Notes under the pieces: generated by a model
What the model was told of the DNA's origin: nothing
Seen by the model: the letters and a program-made list of their open reading frames with translations, nothing else
Databases searched by the model: none
In this document: in pieces, positions 50,854 to 61,000 of the stretch
Layout of the letters: each line of letters begins with the position of its first letter
Numbering within the stretch: position 1 is the stretch's first letter
Position numbers and translations under genes: made by a program
NCBI GenBank assembly: GCA_047495785.1
Contig: JBLDXI010000019.1
Coordinates: 1,054,001 to 1,118,000 of the forward strand
Direction of reading: 5' to 3'
Source: Lepidodermella squamata
Taxonomy: Eukaryota > Animalia > Gastrotricha
DNA: 64,000 nt

Positions 50854-52183
50854 ATGTTTCTTCGCCGATCGATTATCACCAATCGCGCCTTGGGGCGTAG
50901 CCTTCATTCGTCAGCATCGCGCCTGACATTTCCTGTCGCTGAAAAGCAAGTGCAACCAACACCCTTTAATTCTGAGCACGACGCTCTTCGGGCGACTGTT
51001 CGGAAAATTATTGATACTGACATTAACCCTTACGTCGACCAGTGGGAGAAAAACAAGTGTTTCCCAGCTCACGAGTTGTTTCCAAAACTCGGCAAAGCTG
51101 GGCTTCTTGGCATATCAAAACCTGTGGAATTCGGTGGATCGGGGTTAGATTTCAGTTTTAGCGTTGCTTTCGCGGAAGAATTGGCGCATATAAATGCTGC
51201 TGCAATCGGCATGGCCATTGGTGTTCAAACGGACATGGCAACGCCCGCGCTGACGCGATTCGGCTCTGATAGACTCAGAAAAGAGTTCCTAACTCCTGCA
51301 ATTAAAGGGGACTATGTCGCCTGCATTGGCGTTTCAGAGCAAGGTGGTGGATCAGATGTCGCAGCCATCCGAACTACTGCAAAGAAAACAGCTGGCGGAG
51401 ACTACATTATTAATGGCAGTAAGATGTGGATCACCAACAGTGTTCAAGCTGATTGGATGTGTCTGCTTGCTAACACATCGGACGGACCACCGCATCAGAA
51501 CAAGTCTCTAATTATTGTGCCGATGAAAACTAAAGGCGTTCACGTTGCTCGAGCCATTGACAAAATTGGAAATCATGCATCTGATACCGGTGAGATTTTC
51601 TTCGACGATGTCCATGTTCCTGGCTGGCATTTAATTGGCGAGGAAGGGATGGGCTTCATGTACCAGATGATGCAGTTTGAGCAAGAGCGACTCTTTGCTG
51701 CGGCTACTACACCAGTTAATCTTGACCGTATCATTCAAATGACTATTGAATATTGCAAGAACCGGAAAACCTTCGGACAACCGCTTATCGATAACCAATA
51801 TATTCATTTCCGTCTCGCCGAGCTGCAAACCGAAGTTGAATGCCTCCGAGCTCTTGTTTATCGTTGTTTGCAGATGATGCTAGGCGGTGAAAATATTACG
51901 CTCCAAGTTTCAATGGCCAAGGTTTGATTATTCTTGGTTCTCTGTCGAATCCGAAATTTCGATGATTCTTTCGATCTAGATCAAGGCCGGCAGGCTGGCT
52001 CGTGAAGTCACAGATTCCTGCTTGCAGTTCTGGGGAGGTATGGGCTATTCAAATGATACTTTGATAAGCCGTGCTTACCGTGATGCTCGGTTGCTTTCGA
52101 TTGGCGGCGGTGCTGATGAGATTATGCTTGGTGTCGTTTGCAAGTTGATGGGCATTTTGCCCAAAGCTAAGAAGGCTAAGTAA
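50854..52183 (+). CDS. Mitochondrial acyl-CoA dehydrogenase, AtuD (citronellyl-CoA dehydrogenase)/acdh-6-like
   Basis: IGVQTDMATPAL, CIGVSEQGGGSDVA, INGSKMWITN, LQFWGGMGY, SIGGGADEIML. Intron 51922-51979. Confidence 0.9.
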
Positions 52184-52360
52184 AACATTAGCCCAGGAAA
52201 TGACAAACGAAACTTGCGATCAAGATTTGTATTTATTTCGCTGTTAAAAGTTACCACATAATATCAAGCACGTACAACGGGCTCTTTCGGACGGAATTTA
52301 TTAAAATTATATTTATTATGTATTTTTTCCGCCATAGATCTTTGAATTTTAAACTTGAAA

Positions 52361-52763
52361 ATGTCCTCGTATGCCAAAGGTCCTCAAAAAGTTCAGAAAG
52401 TGCTTGTGCAGCCAATCGTAAGTTCATTCAAATCTAACTTGTTCAGTGTTGAATCTGATTTCTTTTCAGAACCTGATTTTCCGATTTCTTCAAAGCGTGA
52501 GTTCACGTGAACATTTTTTATTTTTGAAGTTATTTTTGAACATTTTTTTCTTTTAGCGTACTCGCGTTCAAATTTGGCTGTATGAGAACTGCAATTATCG
52601 AGTCGAGGGTCGTATTTTGGGATTCGACGAGTACATGAATCTTGTTCTTGACGAAGCCGAGGAAGTGAATATGAAGAACCATCAACGAAAATCGCTCGGT
52701 CGCATTTTGCTCAAAGGAGACAACATCACGCTGATGCAGGAAGCATCTTCCGGTTCTTCGTAA
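52361..52763 (+). CDS. SNRPE: snRNP protein SmE
   Basis: Three exons: [10 protein letters not shown]|NLIFRFLQS|[42 protein letters not shown]. Not in the ORF track. Confidence 0.95.
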
Positions 52764-52970
52764 TTCTAAATTGCGAAATAATAGCTCCCTTGTACATCTG
52801 CTGTTAGAGGCCACTCTCACCTCATAACATGACATTCCGAGTGTTGCGTTCTTTCAGCGCAGCAAGTTTCCAATCTTGTCATTTTTTAGTTGCGAAGCCG
52901 CGTCGCGCATAAAGTCTTTGGAGCGTTTATAACCTTGTCTCAATTTATTTTAGATCAATTTTAATCAATA

Positions 52971-54614
52971 ATGTTTGGTGCTAATACTACTTTCAATTTT
53001 GGCGCTCCGAAGACGAGTGCCCCAGCTGCACCCAGTGCCTTTTCGTTTGGCACGACTACAGCAACCCCTGCTGCTCCTGCTCCCACTTCGGCATTTAGTT
53101 TTGGCCAACCATCCGCGCCTGCCGCTCCTGCGTTTGGAACTAGTGGTTCAGCATTTTCGTTTCCAACACCAGGTGCTACGAACCAGCCAGCCCAACAAGC
53201 GCCTGGTCCTTTCGGCGCGTTCGGTACTCCTAACCAACAACCAGCTGCTCAGGCCCCGTCATCTGGTTTCAGCTTTAGCCAACCTGCTCAGCCTGCTCAG
53301 AATATGGTATTTCAACAGCAGCAACAACAGCAGAATGCCCAGCAAATGGCCGCCCAAAATGCAGCACAGTCCGGTGCCATCATTTACCAGGCGGTCACAA
53401 AACCGCAAATCTACGGTGATGACCGCGATCAGATAATTGCGAGTTGGAACGGCGTTCAAGCCGCCTGGGGCAAAGGTCGCTGTTTTGCGGGGCAGAATAT
53501 GTTTGTGGAAATTCAGCCGAATGACGAATGGTCCATTTTCAAATCCGTCCGCTACATTGAAATCCCGAGCTACAAGTAAGAAATATTGCGACCTTTCGAT
53601 TGAAACTTATTTTTGCTATTTAGAAACGATGATGGTGTCGTCTGTTTGAAGCTATCCAAATCGAAAAGCGAAGTTTTGAACATGCAGAAGCAGTTTTGCG
53701 ACACTTTGCACCGTATTTTGGGCGGCCAGCCGACCACCCAGGTCGTTATTGATGGAATCAGCGTTGCTAATCAGTCCAGCGGAGGCCCTACTGCTGCTGA
53801 TAAGGCCGGCAGTGCTGCGCCAAAAGTTGAATGTCACGTCATGCTACATGTGATTAATAGCATGAACCACGTACCTGCGTCTGATTTATTCCAGTTTTTA
53901 CAATCGCCGAATATTGCGAACCAGCTCGCCTCTCAATTGGCTGTCGTTGATATCAGCTCTTTAGCTGCCCCGACCAGGGAGGAACGCGATTATTACGCGT
54001 CTCACCCTCCTTCCGGCATTGCGCCGTTAATTTGGCTGCAAGCCCACCGCGACAACCCGGATCCGGATCGGTTGTTGCCAGCCCCGGTTGTCGGGTTTCC
54101 TGACCTTTTGGTTTGGGCTAATGAGCAGCAAGTTAGCATGGCTGCTCAGCGAGATGTCGTCACTTCGTTGACGCATCGCCAGGAGGAAGCGCTTGGTAGG
54201 GCTCGACAACAGGCGCAGAGGGTGGATGAATTGCGGCAACGAATTGGTGCGGTCAGTCACCGCCTCCTCAACGCAGCCGTCCGACTTGAAATCGCTGATC
54301 GTGGCGCGGCGCCTTTGACAAACGAAGAGTACGCAATGAGGTCATTCCTCGAGCAAATCGACGTTAATGTCCAGCAGCTGAATCAACGCCTTTCCGAATT
54401 TTCTGATCGTCTTTCGTTGCAAAGTGTTGCCCCGCAACAAAAAACTGGCTCTGGGGCGGAACGTTTACCGCCATCTTTTGTCGCTGATGTCACTGATCAG
54501 CTGCGGAATCAAATGAAAGCGACTGAGAAATTGGTTGCGATTCTTAAGGAGGATCTGTCTACTGTTAATTCGATTGATCGCTCGGTCGTTGCTCAAGAGA
54601 ATATTAGTCCTTGA
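52971..54614 (+). CDS. NUP54: Nucleoporin Nup54
   Basis: FG-rich N-terminus, IYGDDRDQII..WN.VQAAWGKG, W.QAHRDNPDPDRLLPAPVVGF, coiled coil. One intron at about 53576-53623. Confidence 0.9.
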
Positions 54615-54727
54615 TCGTTTTCTCAATTTTTTTCTCGGTGAATTTTCTTTTGCGGAAATTTGACATTTGCTATTACACCGGTTTCAAAGAAATTTCGTTT
54701 CTATTTTTAGGCATATTTAACTGAAAA

Positions 54728-55030
54728 ATGAGCAAACAAGGCGCTAATATTAAAATGCACGTCGAATACTGCGGCAAATGAGGTTACGCCCCTCGCTTCC
54801 AGGATCTCAAGAAGCAAATTCTTGCCGAGTATCCGGAGGCGAGTATTTCCGGCGACGTGGGTCGCCGGACTTCTTTCGAAGTCACACTGAACGACAAGCT
54901 TATCTTCTCCAAGCTGGAAAAGGGCGGCTTTCCCGATTTCAAGGAAGTCATTGCCCAGGTTGCCAAAGTCGCGTCTGGCGAGGAGCCGGGGCAGGTCGTC
55001 AAATCGCACAGTGAATGCTCACTGATGTAA
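54728..55030 (+). CDS. Selenoprotein, MIEN1/SelW2-like paralog A (100 aa, CGKU, C-terminal CSLM)
   Basis: In-frame TGA at 54779 in HVEYCGKUGY. Rdx motif SFEV..NDKLIFSKLEKGGFP. No intron in the CDS. SECIS downstream. Confidence 0.93.
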
Positions 55031-55102
55031 TTTCGCGACAGCTCGGAATCAAGACATGAGTATCAAAGCGATGGGCTGAACTAATTGGAACATGCGAGTT
55101 GA

Positions 55103-55173
55103 GCTGACGCTTGTGACGTTACTTTCGAAAATGCTCGTTTGAGCACCGAATGTGGCCGATGTGTGCGTCCGGC
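55103..55173 (+). promoter_or_regulatory. SECIS element (type II, GUGA core) of paralog A
   Basis: gacgc tt GTGAC gttactttcg AAAA tgctc-gttt-gagca c cgaatgtggc CGAT gtgt gcgtc. Confidence 0.9.
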
Positions 55174-55487
55174 TTGATTCGCTGTTCTGTTAGGTCGCCC
55201 GTATGCTACATTGTGACTTCATTGTTTTAGTTATTAGATGATAATTGATCTGTTGCTTTTGATAGAAATCTGAAATGCTCTATATTATGTCCATCTTGAA
55301 CAAAATCTGAATCTATGCTTTGAAAACCTAAGTCCCATTTGCAATAGTTTACACGAGATATATTTTACACATGGAAATATTTTGTTGGCAGTAATAATTT
55401 ACGTCGCAAGTAAATATTGTTTTGATTAAAAAAAATCCGCTATTATTGTTGCCTTTTTAGCTAGTTTTAGTCACTTTTATTTTAACT

Positions 55488-55795
55488 ATGAGTGACGGCG
55501 GGAGGAACATCAACGTTTTTATTGAATACTGGTGAGTTATAAATTTGTGATAATGTAATTATGTTCATTTTGGATTACTTTCAGTGATGCATGAGGCTAC
55601 TCATCGCGCTACAACGGCCTTCGTGAGATGATTCTTGAAATCCTCCCTAATGCTACAATTTCGGGATCCGAGGGTCGATACGGCGCTTTCGAAGTCTCGG
55701 TTAATGGTCAACTGATCTACTCTAAACTTGAAACTCGCCGTTTTCCCAAAGACAACCAGTTAGTTGACCAAATCGAGGCCATTGCGAGCCAATAA
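55488..55795 (+). CDS. Selenoprotein, MIEN1/SelW2-like paralog B (84 aa, CDAU, no CaaX)
   Basis: Intron 55532-55584 splits the Cys codon. TGA at 55592. GAFEVSVNGQLIYSKLETRRFP. Confidence 0.9.
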
Positions 55796-55830
55796 TATTT
55801 TCAACGCTTCGAATCGCAAAATGCAGTTAG

Positions 55831-55895
55831 AGCTTTTGATGACGCGACTTTCGGAAATGTCAGCAGGCAACGATTGCCGCCGATTTTATTAAGCT
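55831..55895 (+). promoter_or_regulatory. SECIS element (type II, AUGA core) of paralog B
   Basis: agctt..ATGAC gcgactttcg GAAA tgtc-agca-ggca a cgattgccgc CGAT..aagct. Helix II has three mismatches. Confidence 0.75.
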
Positions 55896-56069
55896 AGAAC
55901 TACGATTTGCGTTCGAAACAATGAGTGCTGTGCTAGTCAAATCATGACCTCCCTTCAGGTGCTTCCGTTATTTTGCCGACCAAATACTCATTTGATACGC
56001 TTTTTTACTCCTGAGAATTTAAAAAAAGAATAACTTGATAATATTTTTAATTGATTTTAGAGCTTTGAT

Positions 56070-56383
56070 ATGAATATGACTGGAGGAAAAAATCTTAAAA
56101 TTCACGTCGAATATTGGTTAGTAGCTAGCAAAATTTTCTAGTGATTATTTTTATATTTTGTCATCTTAATAGTAATGGGTGAGGGTACTATGCTCGATTC
56201 AGCACTCTCAAGTACGCGGTCATGCATGCTCTACCTGAGGCCACCGTCACCGGCCATATTGGGCGAGGCGGCGCTTTCGAAGTTTCAGTCAACGATAATC
56301 TTATTTTCTCGAAATTCGGCAGCGGTTTCTTCCCCAATAACCAGGAACTTATAGAGCAGATGAAAAAGATCGCCAGAAAATAG
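56070..56383 (+). CDS. Selenoprotein, MIEN1/SelW2-like paralog C (85 aa, CNGU, no CaaX)
   Basis: Intron 56117-56172 splits the Cys codon. TGA at 56180. GAFEVSVNDNLIFSKFGSGFFP. Confidence 0.9.
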
Positions 56384-56423
56384 CACTTCTAGTATTTCTC
56401 GTAGTCTTCGTGGCTAAATTTTC

Positions 56424-56483
56424 TGTGATGACGTGGTTTTTGCAAAGGCTTGAATCAAAAGCACCGAAAACTGCCGATGACAT
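56424..56483 (+). promoter_or_regulatory. SECIS element (type II, AUGA core) of paralog C
   Basis: ATGAC gtggtttttg cAAA ..gctt/aagc.. cgaaaactgc CGAT. Helix II pairs 10/10 including G-U. Confidence 0.85.
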
Positions 56484-56733
56484 TAAGGTGGATGAAGCTA
56501 CGAAGCAAAAAATATAGTTTTTTCCAATTCGGAGCTGCATGATTCGTTTGTAGCAAAGATCTCACCCTTTCATATCTTTCATATCAATCAAAAATTTTGC
56601 ACCTTTCATCTGAGAAGCAATATAGTCGAGCAATGTGATACTTGTTACTGGTTCTTCCTTTTATCGTGATTAAATTTTGTCTCACGTTTGTTTAATTTGA
56701 TTTTTATTGATTGTAGAGTGTTTAACTGCTAAA

Positions 56734-57135
56734 ATGAGCCAAAAGGGTGAAGTCACTGTCAACATCGAATATTGGTATTCTATTTAGCCATTTAATTGAA
56801 CATTTTTGATAGATTTTTCTCTCTCAGTGGTGCCTGAGGTTACGACTCTCGCTTTGAGGACCTGCGGGACGCGATTCTCGCTGCTGTCCCCAAGGTATTG
56901 ATGAATTTTGATTTTTATAAATTAACGTAATTGATTTTTCAAGGCGAGAGTAGCCGGCTTTGTTGGTCGGTCTTCGTCGTTCGAAGTCACCGTCAACGGC
57001 AAGGTGATCTTTTCCAAGCTCAAGCAGGGCGGTTTTCCCGTCTATGACAGCGTCTGCAAACAAGTCGCTGCCGCTGCTGAGGGCGAATTGCCGGGCGAAG
57101 TAACCGAAACGACTTGGAGTTGCACGATTCTGTAA
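56734..57135 (+). CDS. Selenoprotein, MIEN1/SelW2-like paralog D (99 aa, CGAU, C-terminal CTIL)
   Basis: Introns 56775-56827 and 56895-56943. TGA at 56835. SFEVTVNGKVIFSKLKQGGFP. Confidence 0.92.
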
Positions 57136-57198
57136 ATCCAAGCTGCTGAGCAGATGCTTTGAGTCGCGATTTCTTGCTTGATGTGCCGCGTTTTCGTC

Positions 57199-57266
57199 TC
57201 CCACTGTGTGACGAGCTACCTTAAAGTTCTCTAGAACACCGGTAGATTCCGAAGTTAGGGGTGGGC
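57199..57266 (+). promoter_or_regulatory. SECIS element (type II, GUGA core) of paralog D
   Basis: cccac..GTGAC gagctacc ttAAA gttc-tcta-gaac acc ggtagattc CGAA..gtggg. Confidence 0.8.
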
Positions 57267-57363
57267 GGAGGAACTCGTGTTATTTCTGGCCGGGATTAGT
57301 GACTTGGCTCTGTCGAATAAACTAAATTATTGATCAAAATTTAATTTTGTTTAGATTTTAATT

Positions 57364-58113
57364 ATGGAGGGTGAAGCGCCTAATTTGAAAAAATTCGTCT
57401 CGGAGAAGGACGTGGAAGAAGCGCGTAAAAAGCGCCAGGAGGAGTGGGAGAAAGCGCGTCAATCTCGACCGAACTTGCCGAACCCGGAAGATGCCGAAGC
57501 CGCGGCTGCTAGTGGTAAAACGCTGTACGAACAACTTCACCAGCAGAAAATGGCCAAGGATGAGGAGTTCGCCGAGGCTCGAAAGTTCAAAAACATGATT
57601 CGAGGCCTAGATGACGAAGAATCAGCGTATTTAGACCAAGTTTCGCGTAAACAGCTCGATGCTGAGCGACAGCGCCTGAAGGAACAGGAGGAACTGATCA
57701 ACGAATTGAGAAAGCAACAAACCGTTGCTCCACCTGTCGAACCGGTTAAAAAAGAAACGAGTGACAAACCGAAGCTGCCACCGCCTCCGAATTCTATTTC
57801 CTCCCTGGTGAAACAGGCCGTGAAGAGAAAAGCGCCTGATTCAAACGAACCAGAGAAGGACGAAAAATGCAACCATCACCCGATCGTTCGAGTTGTCGGC
57901 GTTTTGCCGTCGATTGTTTCCGCCTATGCTGATTCTGACCAGGAACAGTCAGACAGCAGCGATTCTGACAATTCTTCGGATTCTTCGGATTGCGATGTTA
58001 CCTGCAGTGGCAAGGCTGGTACTGGTGATGATTTAGCCTCATTCCGCCCGTCAGTCACGCCCGCGTTGATGCGACGACTGCGTCGCGAGTTGCAGGGCCA
58101 TGATGACGAATAG
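57364..58113 (+). CDS. PSME3IP1: PSME3-interacting protein (FAM192A/NIP30)
   Basis: KKFVSEKDVEEARKKRQEEWEK, TLYEQL, KFKNMIRGLDDEE, VVGVLP. Confidence 0.88.
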   Translation: MEGEAPNLKKFVSEKDVEEARKKRQEEWEKARQSRPNLPNPEDAEAAAASGKTLYEQLHQQKMAKDEEFAEARKFKNMIRGLDDEESAYLDQVSRKQLDAERQRLKEQEELINELRKQQTVAPPVEPVKKETSDKPKLPPPPNSISSLVKQAVKRKAPDSNEPEKDEKCNHHPIVRVVGVLPSIVSAYADSDQEQSDSSDSDNSSDSSDCDVTCSGKAGTGDDLASFRPSVTPALMRRLRRELQGHDDE

Positions 58114-58218
58114 GTTGCTGGTTAAACTAAAGTTCTTTCTGCAATCTTTTTTCTAGTAATAAATTTGAATCAGTTTCATTTCCTCCCTAATTTCTAGATT
58201 TTTTGTGTTAATTATTTT

Positions 58219-60563
58219 ATGGAATCTGGATCTAGTGATAGCCCTACAAATCCCACTGTCAGCAATCTTCTCGACGATGTGATTAAATTTTCTCTTCCGG
58301 CGATAATCGCACTAGCTGGGGACAGTTTATTCGCCTCAGAAATTGATCGGAAATGCTGTCGCGCCTACCTGGACGCTGTTATGAGTCAGCTGCAGTTGGA
58401 TGATGCGACGAGAAAGTCGATCATGCTATTTCTCAAGCGAAGCTCAAGCAGTCCTACTACCGAGCGAAGTAATGGCACTCAAATAGAGCCATTAGTCCAA
58501 GCGATTCGCTCAAAAATTTGGATGCCAAAATCACCCAGAGCGAATGACCTAGAACCGAAATCGTCACCTCTCATTAGCCGATCTGAGACGAAAGTGGATT
58601 CGAAAACGAAAATTGACTCGGATTCTATAACGCAATCGGACGAGAAAACGGAAGACCTCACTGAATTGACTCAAATCGAGGCAAAACTAGACAGTGAAAG
58701 CGTGCCCGTTGACAAAAAGGAGGACGCTATAGCCGATCTCAGCGTTTCAACTACCCCGGACGCAGTTCCTGAGAAGGTTAAGGTGGAAACTCAATTCTAT
58801 TTGACACCTTCAGGCAGCAATCAGAGCTTGAAGGTAAACGAAGGTGGATCTGAATACCCGTCTCGAGCGCCGTCTCCATCCCCGCTCAATTCCGAGCTCA
58901 ATGAGGAGGTAGCAATTGCTATTATATCCTGCTTAATTGTTGCTGCTCTAATTCGAGGGCGGTATGACGCTAGAATTCGAATTGTTGTGCGGTATCTAGT
59001 CCATAAATTACGTCTGAAGTGGGATCTTGTCGAAGACATTGAAGATTCGCTAGTAGAACATTTCAAAGAGGCCAAGGTAGTGCAAACTGAGTAAGTTACC
59101 TCATACTTATCAGATCTCAGGAATTGAAATTCATTTTTATAGGGAGGAGAAAAAGGCACTGGATAAGAAGCATAAAATGGCGAAAATCAAACGGATAGCT
59201 GCAATAAGTGTCGCAACTGTCCTTGGGGGTGTTGCAATCGGTGTAACTGGTGGCCTGGCCGCCCCTGCCGTTTTTGGTGCTATCGGTGGCGCTGCAGCTG
59301 CCGGCGGGTTTGCCGCTTTTATGGCTTCAACTGGAGGCGCCGCTCTTGTTGGTTCGCTTTTCGGTGCAGTAGGAGCTGGGTTGTCTGGTTACAAAATGAA
59401 TCGTCGCGTCGGAGCTGTTGAAGAATTCGAATTTGTACCACTGACTGACGGCCAGCAACTTCATATAGCCGTCGCTTTACCTGGCTGGTTGAGCAGTGAG
59501 CAGCCGGATTGCCGAAACGCTTACTACACACTGTCAATCGCTAGGGAGCAATATTGCTTGAAATTTGAGAGTAAATACTTGATCGAGCTCGGAAATGCTC
59601 TCGATTATTTCTTGAATATCGCGACTTCATCAGCGGCCACAAGTTTCGCCCAAGAAATTGCGAAGCAAAGCGCTATGGGTACAATGCAGTTCATGATCGC
59701 GTGGCCGTCTCTGTTGTTGTCAGCTGCCAATGTCATCGACAATCCATGGTCAGTTTGTCTGAGGAGATCTGCCAAAGCCGGCGAACAGTTGGCTGAAGTC
59801 CTATTGAAACGGCAACAAGGTCATCGCCCTGTTACATTGATTGGTTTCAGTCTTGGGGCTAGAGCTATTTTCTACTGTTTGCGAGAGATGTCTCGAGATA
59901 AGCATGCATCGTACGCTGGAGGGATTATTCAAAACGTAATATTGCTTGGCGCACCTGTTAGTGCGACCCCGAAAGACTGGAGTCAGTTCTCGCGAGTTGT
60001 ATCAGGTGAAATTATCAATGGCTACTCGCGATCTGATTGGCTATTGAAATTTCTGTACCGGACCACAAATGCAAAGAGCCAAATTGCGGGATTGGGCCAA
60101 GTCGAGTGGAACGACCGAAGAATGTTCAATATCGATTTGTCTCATATCGTAAGTTTCAAGCTTGAATTCAAGAATATGATCTAGCTCTCTGCTATCCATT
60201 CTTTAGATTTCAGGTCATGGTGATTATTTGCACAAAATGGATCTGGTGCTGGCTGAGTTGGGCATAGGCGGTCGTCGGAAAGCCACCTTAATGTCGCTAG
60301 CCGCATCTCGTCGTGAAATCGCCGCCTCGTCATCGCACGGCCAACTCGCCTCTAGTCGCAATGTTGAAGGCCCGAAAAGATCTGCCACCACTTCTCTCGC
60401 CATAGAGCAGCTTCACATAGCCGAGAAATTAATATCAACTGAGTCCCTTCCCGAGCAGCCGGACGTTAATGTATCGTTTGACGACGAAAGTGCGCAAGAA
60501 GCTGAGTCTCTGGATGACGAGGCTGCAGAACTTGTACACGCAAAAACAGTTGACAAGAACTGA
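58219..60563 (+). CDS. TMCO4: TMCO4 / DUF726 alpha-beta hydrolase-like membrane protein
   Basis: YDARIR, GGVAIGVTGGLAAP, IDNPWSVC, GHRPVTLIGFSLGAR, DWLLKFLYR, SGHGDY. Two introns. Confidence 0.9.
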
Positions 60564-61000
60564 GAATGACCATGAAAAAGCACTGAAATCCTACTGACAT
60601 GTAAACAAACTTTCACAATTTTTGGAGACCAAATAGCTGTTTTCTTTGAGTGCTTCCATGCTTGACGACTTTCAACTTGAGTGAGAGTTTCTGTATAACA
60701 AAACAGTGAATATTTATAAATTGCACTAACGGTCTCGGTTGTAAAGAAACATTTCCTGACTGATATATGCGGCACAATCGCCTACTTAGTAAATGTCCCA
60801 ATTCCTTCATTAGCGCTCTGTTTTAAATTTCTTCCACGGCTCCGCTGTTCGATGATTTTTTTTATCGGTGAAATTTATTTTTATTTGAGAGTAACAATGT
60901 GCTAATGCTTATTTTAAATCTCTTTCATATAGAAATGTTCTTCTTAACTTGATAACCTGTATTCGATACACCTTCAAGGTCGTTATCTGTTGTTGGCGAA

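Noticed and set aside
54707-57204. ORF-track entries 54707-55009(-), 54778-55014(+), 54784-55002(-) and 56824-57204(-), and the reading of the four TGA-containing genes as pseudogenes
   Set aside because: These ORFs are antisense or off-frame shadows of the selenoprotein genes. The TGA sits at the same catalytic position in all four copies, each with a SECIS, which fits Sec recoding rather than decay.
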